Of a stretch of 64,000 nt of DNA, positions 14,840 to 27,632 are shown in pieces. Made by a program: the position numbers and the translations under genes. Location of the stretch: positions 120,281-184,280 of IMG/VR virus record IMGVR_UViG_3300040786_000030; one strand, given 5' to 3'. Numbering within the stretch: the stretch's first letter is position 1; the number at the start of each line of letters is the position of its first letter. The notes beneath the pieces are model-generated. The model searched no databases, was not told the DNA's origin, and saw only the letters and a list, made by a program, of their open reading frames with translations. The DNA is from a virus.

Positions 14840-16045
14840 ATGGGATATAACACAACAGCCGCAACACAAACATTAATAGCTAAGCTTACACCGCTTGGAA
14901 GACAATTATTAGTAACTTCAAATAATACTTTGATAACTAGTTTTAGTCTTGGTGATTCAGATGCTAATTATAACGCACTATTACCTTTAACTACTGGGCA
15001 AATACCAGCAGAATCTGGGGAATTATTAATCAATGGTTTACAAAGTAATAGTACTCAAGTAAACACTAGAATTAAGAGTTTATTAAAATTTGATACAAAT
15101 GGGGCATTACAAAACCAGTTGAATCACAATCAAGTCTTGTGACAAGTGAAACTATCACAAATGGTCAAACATTAATTAGTGGTGCAAATATATCACAAAT
15201 TACTGTAGCTAGGTCAAATTTTTTAACTGATAGTTATGTTAATTTATTTTATTCTTTTGGGCTTCCATTAAATAGTGTCGATGATAATAAATATACTGGT
15301 ACAACATATGTAAATGGTGGTTATTCAGATACTGCTTTAAGCGCTGTAGCTAAAACTAAGATAGTTGTTATCAGTGTTGATACTTCACAATATGGTGAGA
15401 CTATAGATGGTAAATCAATTAAAATATCGTTACCAACATCTGGTGGTACTTATAATATATATAGCACATTCCAAAATAAGGGTATACAAGCAACTGTTGA
15501 GGATGCAAACCTTAGGGAAACATCTACACTTGGTAACCCATTTGGTGATAATGTAGCTTTCTTATTCTCTGACGAGATATTAAAACCAAACGGTGGAAAT
15601 CCATTATTAAGTTGGGGTACTGGCTATGGAACTGTTAAACCTTTTAGTTTAAATAATAAATTGTTATATAATTTACAAACAAATAGTAATATTGGGGTAA
15701 GTGCTGATACAATGGTTGGTGTAGCTTACTTAGATAAGGGTTTAATAGTAATCACTGACCCGACAATAATTGCTAATTATGAATTAGCAACAGGTATGAC
15801 TTCAGGTGTAACAGTAACTCTTAGCAGTGTCTCAACCTCAGTTTTCAAAATATTACATGTATTGCTGGTAGAGGTGAATTTGGAACTTCAACTAATCCAT
15901 CTTTTGGGTTATTAGATAGTCCAAGAATTAGTGAAGTTGGGTTATATGATACTAATGGTAATATAATCGCCATAGCAAAACTGACCGACATATAGTTAAA
16001 AATATCAATGAATTCATAGCTCTTGGTATAAAAATAATGATTTAA
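14840..16045 (+). CDS. baseplate/tail-collar-type structural protein, paralog of the previous gene (frameshifted)
   Basis: KLTPLGRQ..LGDSD N-terminus; ISEVGLYDTNGNIIAIAK C-terminus. Confidence 0.55.
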
Positions 16046-16085
16046 TATTTACATTCTATGTATTAGAATTATTTTAAATGAAAAA

Positions 16086-16713
16086 ATGGAAGATAAAAAA
16101 TATTTGTTAGCTTTAGATGTTAGTACTAGTTGTATTGGAATAGCATTATTTGAAGATTTAGGGACAAAAGGTAAATTAACACTACTTAATCATGTAGCAC
16201 CTAAAGTAAAACCATTACCAACAAGTAAGATGGAAGAATTATTTCGTAAAGTAGAAATATTTGAAAAAGAATTTTTAACAAACTGTGTCGGTTTTAATAT
16301 CACAACAGTGGTAATAGAAGAACCATTATTACAGTCTAATAATGTTAATACAGTCGCTACTTTATTAAGATTTAACGGTATGATTTCTAAATCAGTATTT
16401 GATACGTTAGGTGTTGTCCCAGATTTTATTTCATCATATGATGCTCGTAAATATAGTTTCCCAGAATTAATGAGTGTTAGGAAATTTAAAAAATGGAACT
16501 GCATTAACTGATAAACAAATAAGTAAAAATGTACCAGTATTATTTGGTAATTATCCATTTGATGCTGATAAAAATATATCCTTTGGGAAAAAGTTTCAGA
16601 ATTAGAACCACAAATTATATGGTTTTGATAAAAAAATAAACTAAAAAAGAAACATTTGATATGAGTGATGCATATGTTTGTGGTTTAGCATATTTTAATA
16701 AAAGAAATTTATA
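16086..16713 (+). CDS. RuvC-like Holliday junction resolvase
   Basis: LLALDVSTSCIGIA, VVIEEP and C-terminal FDMSDAY catalytic motifs of the RNase H fold. Confidence 0.75.
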
Positions 16714-16744
16714 AATTTAAATTATTTATTCGTATCTTTGCCGA

Positions 16745-17690
16745 ATGAATATACTTTTAGTACACATACTTGAATCTTTTTAGGTGAAACTCGAAAACAT
16801 AATGAAGACACAGGACAAATCGCATTTGATTGTCCTGTATGTTCAGGCGAAAAGGTTTAATAGATGGTGATGGTAAAGGTAATCTAGAGATTAATTACAA
16901 TAGGAATATGTTTAAATGTTGGGCTTGCCCTGACACTAACTACATGCATGGCCCTGTAATTAAATTATTAAAAAACATGGTACACCTAAAAACACTAGAG
17001 ACTACTTGCTAGTAAAACCAGATGCTGATATAATAATTTCTAAAGAAAAGAAGAAATAATCGTTGAACTTCAGAGGGTTATCAAAAACTTTCAGATTGTA
17101 CACCTAAAGACTATGGTTATGCTAACGCTATGTATTATTTAAAATCTAGGGTATAACCAATGATATAATAAAAGAATTTAATATTGGTTATACTACACGT
17201 GGACCTTTATAATAGAATAATAATCCCATCATATGATTTAAATGGTGATTTAAATTATTTTATCGCTAGATGGTACCCAAAAGAATACAATAAACTTAAA
17301 TACATCAACCCAAAAGCTGAAAAGCAAGAGATAATTTTCAATATTGGCAAATTAAATTTAGATGCTACAATATATCTTGTAGAAGGTGTAACTGACCATA
17401 TAGTAACACCTAATTCAATACCATTATTGGGTAAGGTTATATCGTCAGATTTATTAGAATTATTACACGATAAAGCTCAAGGGTTAATTGTGATTCTTTT
17501 GATGGTGATGCGTATATAGATGCAAAAATATTATACAAAAGCTAAATTTTGGTGATTTAACTGATAGAATTAGAATTTGTGTACCATCAGAAGATTATGA
17601 CCCATCAAAAATATTTGAAAAGTTTGGTAATGCTGGTATAGTAAACCTTTACGTAGTAGCCATAAATTAAACTACTTAGAATTATAATAA
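16745..17690 (+). CDS. DNA primase (Zn finger + TOPRIM; frameshifted)
   Basis: FDCPVC...FKCWAC zinc finger; RIIIP, YFIAR, KYINP, YLVEGVTD and DGDA motifs. Confidence 0.8.
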
Positions 17691-17738
17691 AATGTTGTTA
17701 CTTTTATAAAATAATCGTATGTTTGCAATAAAAAACAT

Positions 17739-18517
17739 ATGAGTAAAGCAAAACTATGGGTTGGTCCAGTTTATTTAGAACCAATAGCACATAAATATAT
17801 ACATAGAGAAACGAATAAGAAATATTCATCTGTTACTACAACTCTTTCTTCAATCGAACCACATTTTGACGTGGAAGGTGTATCAGCTGCTATCGTAAAA
17901 CAACAGGATAGTGCAAAACAAGAAAGATATATTGACTAACACAAATGCAGATAATAGATTATTGGCAAATGCTTAACGATGAGGCAAATGTTTATGGTAC
18001 CATGGTACATGATATAGTAGAAAGATATTTATTGGCTGATAAGTGGTATTTCCCACCTGATACTGAAGAAGGAAAATTTGAACAAAAGTAATTGATGGGT
18101 ATAATAGCCTTGAAATTGATGAAGGTATAGCTGTTTGGCCAGAACGTATACCATTTGCTGAGCAATATGAATTAGCTGGTATGTCAGATTTAATTATCGA
18201 TATTGATGATGTATATTTTGATGTTTTGGACCATAAACCAATAGAGTATTTAATTTTATAACCCATTTGGTAATGAAACTTTATATAAACCGTTTGACCA
18301 TTTGCAAGCATGTCAATGGTCTATTTATACATTACAATTAAGTGTTTATGCTTATATGTATGAATTAGAATTCCTAAACGTAAATGTCGTCAAATAGTGG
18401 TATTATATTGGGATAAAACTAAAGATACTTTTGAGAAGATACATATTATGTTCCTCAAGCACGAAGCAAAAAAAATTAATTGAATTACATCATTATAACC
18501 TTATGAAAAATGGTTAA
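17739..18517 (+). CDS. PD-(D/E)XK exonuclease (Cas4/RecB-like; frameshifted)
   Basis: YSSVTT, YGTMVHDIVE, LAGMSDLII and YTLQLSVYAYM motifs. Confidence 0.75.
18451..18511 (+). repeat. direct repeat copy 1 (3' end of the exonuclease gene)
   Basis: GAAGCAAAAAAA(A)TTAATTGAATTACATCATTATAACCTTATGAAAAAT matches 20013-20060 apart from one A in the homopolymer; the preceding codons are synonymous variants. Confidence 0.9.
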
Positions 18518-19165
18518 AAAAATCTTTTGATATCTCGATTAAAATAAGAACATAATGGTTGGAGATTACTGAAGTGATTTAATTTCAGTAACTCTTCTTC
18601 TGTTATTGCTGATGAACTAGGTATTATGTGGTCAATATCCCAACCATATTCTGGTGTACCGTTGTATAAACCATAATTATCCCATATCATCCACGGTTAA
18701 AACCTTGATTCAAGGTATTTTCTAAATTCTTTAATACTGCAACTTAATATTTTATTTGTTGTGTTATTTTTATCAAAACCATTTCGTTTAATAGAGTTTC
18801 TTATTAAACATCTAATATATTTGATAATTTAAAAAGAAAATCGGTTTTACTACGTTCTTTAATATATTCGTTATAGTAATTAGGTCTTTTTTTCTAACTA
18901 TCTTTTTTAGTTTCTTTAACTTTATTTGGATTATTTTTAAACCACTCTTTTAGAATTTTGTTAGTTTCTAAATTATTTTTAACCCACTCTTTTTACGAAT
19001 AATTTCTTTTTCTGATTTAGCTAAATCTTTTAAAATAATTTGGGTTGTTCTTAACCCAATTTGATTGTAATTTTTTATTTTTTCTTTATTTTTTTCTCTG
19101 TATTCCTTATTATATAAACGTTTGGCTTCTTTACGTTCTTCTTCGGTTAAATATTTTTTATTCAT
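18514..19165 (-). CDS. HNH homing endonuclease (frameshifted)
   Basis: K/E/R-rich N-terminus; C-terminal GWDIDHIIP...LNHFSNLQPLCSYFN. Confidence 0.8.
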
Positions 19166-19920
19166 TTGTATCTTTATTTATTAATGTTCTTAAGTATTCA
19201 GATAATGATAAATCTAAAATTAATAATTTTTTCGTTAAATTAATATATAATTCATCATTTACTCTAAAACTTAACAAATGGTCTTTATTTAATTTTATTT
19301 CTGGTGAGTCCTCCAAATCCATCTCAATTTTAAATGTTTCAGAATCCACAATGAGTTTATATTCTTCATATTTTTAATGTTTTCTTCATCTATACTCCAG
19401 TGTAAATTATTTTAATAAAATTATTTTCATTATCGTTAAATAAATTATTAAAAATGAACTCCCTTTTGTTAGAAGATGCTATGATTAATTTAGAGTTAAA
19501 TTGACTACTTAATACTGGTATGGTATATGATATTATATCATCTAAACGATTAATAAACATGCATTATCGATAATGACATGTGTAATTGCAACCTCTTAAA
19601 CCATCTAAAGTTGAAGCTATTTTATTAAATTACCATTTTCTAATTGTAATGTAGAAACAGTATCTTTTATTTTTTTAAATCTGATATTCTACCATCAAGT
19701 CTAATTTTATTTAATAGATGTTTAGCTGAGGCTAATTTTTCTGTGAATAAAATAATTGTGTTATTACTAGTATTATTTTGTTCTAATAAAGTTTCTATGA
19801 TAAATTCTGCTAAAACAGTTGAAACACCCATCTGTCTAGAGTGTTTTATAAGTGAAAATTTATTAGTATGTAAAGATTCTAATAGTGTTGTTTGATAATT
19901 TTAATTTCATTGTAATACAT
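19158..19920 (-). CDS. degenerate terminase-large-subunit-like ATPase domain with C-terminal RHH-like segment (frameshifted)
   Basis: YQ..LL.SLHTNKFSLIKHSRQMGVST, GLRG, VIIDNAC and IIASS motifs; C-terminal LLSFRVNDELYINL...SLSEYLRTLI. Confidence 0.55.
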
Positions 19921-20000
19921 TTTAAAAATTTGTTATACAAATAAATATGTGTAAAATCTTGTAAAGACCAAAATTATTTGGTATATTTGTATTTCGATAG

Positions 20001-20060
20001 TTTTTAAAACATGAAGCAAAAAAATTAATTGAATTACATCATTATAACCTTATGAAAAAT
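20001..20060 (+). repeat. direct repeat copy 2 (orphan exonuclease 3' end)
   Basis: Encodes FLKHEAKKLIELHHYNLMKN(K*), matching the exonuclease C-terminus. Confidence 0.9.
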
Positions 20061-20066
20061 AAATAA

Positions 20067-20620
20067 ATGGATATAGATTTTAAATTAGAAGATAGAAATA
20101 TTTTTCTATCGGAACAAATAACTCAAGAGTCGGTTAAGTCTGTAATCGAAAAATAATTTTAATAAATGAATCAGATAAAGAATTAACTAAAAAAAGCTAA
20201 AAGATTTGGGTTTAAATATAAAAGTAGTCCAATTGTAATCTACATTGACTCATATGGTGGAAGTGTTTACCAATGTCTTGGGTTAATATCGGTAATGATG
20301 AATTCTAAAACTAAAATACATACAATTTGTTGGTGTAGCTATGAGTGCTGGGTTTATGATATTAATTTCTGGACATAAAAGATTTTCATATAAACATTCA
20401 ACACTATTGTATCATCAAGCTAGTAGTTTTAGTAGTGGTGAACTTAAAAAGATAGAGGAAGATGTTGAAGAAATGAAGATTACAAACACTATTAGAAATA
20501 ATAGTGTTAAGTAGAACAAATATAACTAAAGCTAGATTAACTAGAGTCTATGTTGAGAAAATAGATTGGTTTATTAGTGCGGATGAAGGTTAGAGTATAA
20601 AATAATTAATAAAATTTTAG
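20067..20620 (+). CDS. ClpP-like protease (frameshifted)
   Basis: YIDSYGGSV, GVAMSAG (catalytic Ser) and LLYHQ (catalytic His). Confidence 0.75.
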
Positions 20621-20624
20621 GGTA

Positions 20625-21430
20625 ATGGTAAAAAAATAGTACATCTTGCAGATATTCACATTAGAACAATGAGAATGCATTCTGAATATTTAGATAGTTT
20701 TAAAAGTTTAATGGTAGATTTAAGAGAACTTTAAAAGATTATGAGAGAGAAGAAATTAGATTGTTGTTGCTGGTGATTTGGTTCATCAGAAGATAATTGT
20801 ATCTAATGAACAAATAATGTTGGGTGCTTGGTTCTTAAGGAAATTAGAGGAAATTGCACCAGTTGTTCTTATTGCTGGTAATCATGATTTATTAGAAAAC
20901 AATAAAGACCGTATGGATTCATTGACACCAATGGTCCAATTTTTACCAGATAAAGAGATTAATTATTTTAAAGAGTCTAAGTGTTATTTAGATAATAATA
21001 TAGTATGGTGTGTTTATTCTATTTTTGAGGAAAACGCTAAACCAGATATTGAATCTGCTAGAGTACAATTTGGTGATGATAAAACATATATTGGATTATA
21101 TCATGCAGCACTACTTAACGCTAAAACCGATATTGGTTATGAAATAGACCATGGTGCTGGGTTAGAGATTTTGATGGTTGTGATATTGCTATGTTGGGTG
21201 ATATTCATAAAAGACAATCATTCAACCATAAAGGTATTATAATCGCCTACCCAAGTTCACTAATACAACAAAACTTTGGTGAAAATATCAGTGGGCATGG
21301 TTTTTATTGTGGATGTTGAGCAAAAAATTTTACTGAGCATGATGTTGAAAATAAAACACCATACTACCAATTTAAGATAAAATCAATTGATGATATTGAA
21401 ACTGGTTCTGAAAAATTAACAAATGGGTAG
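20625..21430 (+). CDS. SbcD/Mre11-like metallophosphoesterase nuclease (frameshifted)
   Basis: HLADIH, VAGDLVH, IAGNHD, LGDIH and YPSSLIQQNFGE motifs. Confidence 0.85.
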
Positions 21431-21588
21431 ATATATTAAACAACCAAAATATTTTTATTTCATTTATGGTGAATTAGGTTATTTTGGCCCTTACTTAAAA
21501 AACCAGATGGTTATACTAATATTAAAAAATTTAAATTAGTTGAAATAGTTGATGAAAATAAAATAATAGAAAAATAAAATAAAATATA

Positions 21589-21834
21589 ATGACATTAAGC
21601 GAATTAAAAGGGTTTATAAATAACCTACCAGAAGAAATGGGTGAATTTACGGTTGTAAATGGTGAAGTTAGGTACTTAGATGTAGAAGACGAAAATAGTG
21701 CGGTATATCGCTTAGATAAACCAATAATAGCATTATATGTTGACGAGAAGGATGAAGAAATTTGTTTTTTCCACCAAACGCAAGATGACGTAAAAGAAAT
21801 GTTAGTAAAAGACGATAAAAATGGTACTGAATAA
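21589..21834 (+). CDS. hypothetical protein
   Basis: 81-aa ORF with phage-like codon usage. Confidence 0.5.
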   Translation: MTLSELKGFINNLPEEMGEFTVVNGEVRYLDVEDENSAVYRLDKPIIALYVDEKDEEICFFHQTQDDVKEMLVKDDKNGTE

Positions 21835-22122
21835 AAAATTAGAGAAAGAGATATTAGATTATTGTTTAGTTAATAATATTATTAATGTTGATAAATTTTA
21901 AATGATATTATTAGTCGAGGATTTACGATAGCAAATACGGTAATAATCCAAAGTTTACTAATAATGTTTTAGATAAAACCGTGTAATTGAGGAAATAAAT
22001 CCATTACCGTTAGAAGTAACTGACCCGATTAAAAGGTTAAGGAGATAAAAGAAAAGATTAATAAAGTAATTGAAACTGGTGAATTAACAAAAATACCAAA
22101 AGAATATTTTGGTAAAATATGT

Positions 22123-24455
22123 ATGGGGAATAATTTAAATGTGGTCTTACTATACCACCATATTCTAAAATTAAAGTTTATTGGGACGAAAAAGCTGAAA
22201 ATTATAGTAGAGCAGCTAAAAATAAGATAACTAATTATTTTGCCACTAAATATGGTGTGAGTAAAAATAATATAAACGTCCAATATAGGCGAGTTATGGT
22301 TAATGGTAATGGTGATACTATTGAGGTTACGGGTGCTGGTATTGAAAATATCATGGATATAAATTATCAGCGTTCATTAATGAAAGAGGTCTTGAAAAGA
22401 GACGAAAAGACCGTTGATTTTAATCGTTTAATTATGTTAGATGAAAAGTTAATGCTGAGTTAAACGTTGATTTAAATGCTCCACAACAAAGGAATTGGAC
22501 TGTTAAATGGCTTATGGTTGATAATTTCTTATCTTTGGTGAGAATAACTATTTACCATTCAGTAAACTAAAAGGGTTAACCATAGTAAATTCAATACCTG
22601 AAAATCAAGGTGGTAAAACAACGTTAACGATTGACGCTATTAAATTTTTATTACATGGTAATACCACAAAACCGATACTAATGATGAAATTTTAATACAT
22701 TTAGTGGTAAGAATGATTTAGTTGTACGTGGTATGATTGATATTGAAGGTGATGAAATAATTATTGAACGTAAGATGAAGCGTTCAGCTAAAAAAGATGG
22801 TGGTTGGAATATAACGAATAGAGTAAACTATTATAAATTATTACCTGATGGTGAGGAAGACCCATTAAACGAAGAAGATTCAGAAGCAAACAACTAAAAA
22901 AATAAGGGAAAGTGTAGGTAGTGAGAAAGATTTTGAAATGTTAGTTTTAGCTACCGAGAAAAACTTAGAGGATTTAATTGGTTTAACAACTACTGAGTCT
23001 GGTAAAGTGTTAACTAGACTTATAGGTTTAGAAATATTAGAATTAAAGGAAACAGCTGCTAGAGCTATGTATAATGAGTTTCTAGAAGAAAAATCAAATA
23101 GTTATGATGTAATTACTTTGGGTGATGAAATTGAGGATTCTGAAAAAATTATTGAAAGTACAAACTTATTTTCACATTTAACAAAAGTTAGCTGAAAATA
23201 AAACTAATATTGGTTTATTAAGTCTGGAAAATGATAGATTATTAAATAGTAAGGAAAAAATAGATGTTACAATTTTGAATTGAACCCATCTAAATTAGAT
23301 GGTGATATTAAAATATTAATTGAAAATGGTATTACTTTATCTGAAAAGTTAAAAAAATAAAGTTAGAGATTGATAATTTTGGTTTAATTGATTTTGATGA
23401 AGATAAGTTACATGGGTTAAATAAATTATATAACGAAAAATTTACTGAAAAGGCATTAAAGAAGCAGACCTTAATAGATTAAATAAAGTTATTACTGATT
23501 TAATTTCTGGTGGTATTTGTCAGTCTTGTAATAGGAAGCTAGATGATGTAGATAATACAGAACATATAAAATCTCATGAATTAGAGGTAAAAAAAATAGA
23601 AAATAATATATTTATTATTGTAACCCTATTAAATACCACTAAATTATCTATTGACCATTTAAATGAAACTAAATTATTAATTGATAATAGGTTAGATTTA
23701 GATAAAGATAGAGCTGAAGTTGAAATGGGTTCATTAAAATACAATAACTGACAAGAAAAATGATTTAAAGAAATATAACCTTAATTTAAGTGCTATTGAA
23801 TTAAATAGGAAAATCGATTCTGAGGTATCTAAAATTAAAACTGATTTGATAGTTTGTGAGTATTCTAAGACTGAAACAATTACAAGCTTAGAACGAGTTT
23901 CTAGAGATATTACATTAAATGAGGCAAACGTAATAAACAAAACTAAATTAATTGATACAATAAAGAAAGAAGAAGAAGTTGATAAAATATATAAAACATA
24001 TATTGAGTTGGTTGGTAAAAAAGGTATTAGTAAATTAGTACTTCGTTCTGTTTTACCAATAATAAATTCTGAAATGGAAAGATTATTAGAAGATGTTTGT
24101 GATTTTGCTGTTGAAATTTTTATTGATGATAAAAATAATGTACAGTTTCTGATAGTTAAAACGGTGTAACTAAAAACTTAAGTCTGGTAGTGGATTAGAA
24201 AAAACTATTGCTAGTATAGCTTTAAGGTGTGTTCTAGGTAAAATATCAACATTACCTATGCCTAACTTTATCACCTTTGACGAAGTATTAGGTAAAATAG
24301 CCCAAGTTAATTTAGAAACCTAAAACAACTTTTGATAAAATTAAAGATATGTATGAAATTGTTTTCTTTATTACGCACAATGATAGTGTTAAAGATTGGT
24401 CCACTACTATATTAACAGTTATTAAGGAAAACGATATTTCAAAATAACATTAAAA
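22123..24455 (+). CDS. SbcC/Rad50-like ATPase (frameshifted)
   Basis: NFLSFG, Walker A NQGGKTT, zinc hook CQSC, signature SGSGLEK, Walker B TFDEVLG, ITHN; coiled coils. Confidence 0.85.
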
Positions 24456-25040
24456 TAACGATACTAATTAAATATATTATCGTATATTTGTTAAAAGATT
24501 ATTATATATGAAATTTAGAAATTACTGTGTTATTATTTTAGGTAACACATCTGATGCAATAAGTGAAATTGAAAAGTTAGTGATAGTAAAATAAACATCC
24601 TTGATGCTAAGGGTGTTTATATCGCAACATTACATCAAAAGTCTCACCAAAGAGATTACCAATTTTTTATTTTAAATAAAAGAAGTTTTTTTGTTTTGAT
24701 TTAAACGAAAATAATTCTGGGTTTAACATAACTAGAAAACCAGTTCATGATGGATTATTTGAATTCATAAATGAAGCTGATTTAATTGAAAAAAAAAGAA
24801 TCAGATACACCAATAATTAAAGTAAAAGAGATTAATGAAGATGATATTAATAAGATGAGTATTAATGAAAAAAAGAAATGTTCGATAAAATATTAGATAA
24901 AGGTGCTGATAAACTAACCGAAAATGATAAGAAGATAATACCTTTTGATAAAATAAAGAGTTAAAGGCATTGACTTTATGAATATTTGTCGTATATTTGT
25001 AATACTAACATAACAAAATAAAAAAAGAATTCAGGAATAA

Positions 25041-25858
25041 ATGAGTACTAAAAATGTAAATTATGACGTTGAAGATAGTATTGGAAAATACTTTAAAGAT
25101 GTTAGAAAATCAGTTATTTTAACTTCTAAAGAAGAAGTAGATTTAGCTAAAAGAATTAAAAGGTGATGAAAAGCTGTTGATTTATTAGTAAGTGCAAATT
25201 TAAAATTTGTTATTTCTATCGCCAAAGAATATCAAGGTCAAGGGTTATTACTTTCTGACTTAATAAGTGAAGGTAATTATGGTTTATTAAAAGCTGCTAA
25301 TAGATTTGACCATACTAGAGGTTTTAGATTTATTTCTTATGGTGTATGGTGGGTCAGACAAGCAATTTTACAAAGCTTAAACGATAACGCTAGAATGGTT
25401 AGATTACCAGCTAATGTTATTAATAAATTAAGTTATTTAAACAGGGAAATAGCTAAGTTTGAATTTATAAATGAAAGAGAACCAGTTTATGGTGAAATTT
25501 TAGATAAAGATAACGTTAAAATGGATTTACTTTATTTCCCTAAATGTGTATCGTTAAATGATGCTATAAATGAAGATGGTGATGAGTTAATTGATTTAAT
25601 AGCTGATGTTGATTCAGATGAAAATCAAGTTGATATTGATTACAAAATAAAGGAAGAATTGAATAAAACATTATCAGTATTAGATGATAGAGAAATAATT
25701 GAAAATTATTTTGGTATTAACACACTTTGAACCCATGACACTTGAAGCAATTGGTGAAATATTCATTAACAAAGGAAAGAATTAGACAAATAAAAGAAAA
25801 GGCAATTAGAAAATTAAGGCATAACTCGAATGGTTTATTCACATTAATGAATCATTAA
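25041..25858 (+). CDS. RNA polymerase sigma-70 family factor (frameshifted)
   Basis: ANLKFVISIAKEYQGQG..DLISEGNYGL.KAA.RFD..RGFRFISY.VWWVRQAI; region 4 TLEAIG..LTKERIRQIKEKAIRKL. Confidence 0.9.
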
Positions 25859-25863
25859 ATTAA

Positions 25864-25888
25864 AATGGGCCTAATGCCCATTTTTTTA
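25864..25888 (+). terminator. intrinsic terminator
   Basis: AATGGGC-CTAAT-GCCCATT followed by a T-run. Confidence 0.7.
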
Positions 25889-25892
25889 TATT

Positions 25893-27011
25893 ATGAAGAT
25901 AGAATTTAGATACGTAGTTTTAATAATGGCACTTTCAGTAGCTGGATGTGCCGCATATTTTCAGTTTGGGGTCTTAGTCAATTATTTGCTGGGGCTGCTT
26001 TATCTGTTATTTTAATGGCATCTGTATTAGAGGTTGCCAAGTTAGTGATAACAACAGCCCTACACTTATTGGGACAAATTAGCTAAATCACTTAGAGGTT
26101 ATTTAATATTTAGTATTATAACTCTTATGTTAATAACTTCAGCTGGTATATATGGTTTCCTATCCAATGCTTACCAAAGACTGCAAATAAATTAGAAATA
26201 CATGATGGTGAAGTGGGATTATTAGATGGTAAAAATTAATATATCAAAAATATTGATAGTAACGATAAAATAATAGCAACTAAAATAACCGCTTAAATCA
26301 GTTAAGTGGTCTTAGGACTAACCAAGAGGTTAGAATAGATGGCTCCAAATCAAATAGAGATAAAACTGCGATTAGAAATGATATTAAATCGTCTAATAAT
26401 GAAATACAATCACTATCAATTGAAATTAGTGAGTTAAATACTAAAAATAGTGTACTATCAGATTCTATTGGTAAATATGAAATGTTAATATTAGGTGTTA
26501 AAAGTAATAGTACTGTTTCTGGTGAGGTCGGACCGTTAAAATACATTGCAGAACTTTCAGGTGTATCAATGGGTAGAGTTGTTAGTACTTGATATTATTA
26601 TTAATTTTGTCTTTGACCCATTAGCTATTGCGTTAATATTAGTTACCAATAGAATTTTGAATTAGATGGTAAAAAAACACCATTTGAACCAAATTTAGTT
26701 GGTGTAACAGAAGTTATTCCGCAAGTTATGCCGCAAGTTATGCCACAAGTTATGCCGCAAGTTATAGATGATGCTGTAAATGATGGTGTAACAGAAGTTA
26801 TGCTGCAAGTTATGCCGCAAGTTATGCCGCAAGTTATAGATGAGGGTACAAATGAGGGTACAATTGAGGGTACAATTGAGGGGTAAGTGATATTCCACCA
26901 ACTAGAAAAGTAGGATTAGATTAGAGGATATCAAAGAAAAACCCAAATTATAGAGGTTATTCAGTACCAATACCAGCCGCTAGACCAAATAACGGAATTT
27001 CTAGAGTTTAA
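25893..27011 (+). CDS. membrane/coiled-coil protein (frameshifted)
   Basis: N-terminal hydrophobic helices (SVWGLSQLFAGA, ITSAGIYGFLS), coiled coil, VFDPLAIAL. Confidence 0.55.
26701..26884 (+). repeat. coding 12-bp tandem repeats
   Basis: (CAAGTTATGCCG)n = QVMP in two blocks, then (GAGGGTACAATT)x3 = EGTI. Confidence 0.85.
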
Positions 27012-27023
27012 ATAATATTAATT

Positions 27024-27630
27024 ATGAAAATAGATGATAGATTTTATTACCTATTGGTAATTTTATTAAAGTTGAGAGTATTAAAAAAAAGATAATAATA
27101 GGTGATACTTTTAATCATGATATGCAACATGTTATTAGTTGGACGCATAGGTATAATGGTGAATATAAAAAAACAGCACCATTTACTATAGGTAAAGATG
27201 GTGTAATTTATAAACACTTTAACCTAAATATCAATCATTATATTTTAACGATTTAGATTTAGATAAGAACAGTATTCTTATTTTATTAGAAAATGATGGT
27301 TGGTTAATTAAAATGAAGAACAAAATAATTTTATTTCATGGTTAGGGTATATTTATAATGGGAAGATATTTTTAATCGAGGATGGAAGGGTTATAATTAT
27401 TGGTGTGGTTATAGTGAAAAACAAATGGTTTCATTAATTTTTTTAGTTAGAAAGTTAAGTAAAGAGTTTTCATACCATTAAACGCTATGAGACATAATAC
27501 TAAAGTTGAAGAAATAGATGATTCTATTGGTATTGTTTATAAAAGTAACTTAAAAGTTATTATACTGATTTAAACCCATCTTTTGATTTTGAATATTTTG
27601 CAAATAATATTAATATAAAAAATAGAGTAA
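27024..27630 (+). CDS. amidase_2-fold (N-acetylmuramoyl-L-alanine amidase-like) protein (frameshifted)
   Basis: TAPFTIGKDGVIYKHF, SILILLENDGWL, YSEKQM.SL and TDLNPSFDF resemble amidase_2; Zn ligands look degenerate. Confidence 0.45.
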
Positions 27631-27632
27631 TT

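Larger units (their letters stand above)
18514..20060 (-). mobile_element. inverted two-gene HNH cassette bounded by a duplicated gene end
   Basis: Opposite strand to all neighbours; flanked by a direct repeat of about 50-60 bp. Confidence 0.7.

Noticed and set aside
26701-26884. Possible CRISPR array
   Set aside because: 12-bp tandem units with no unique spacers, in frame within a CDS, and no cas genes.
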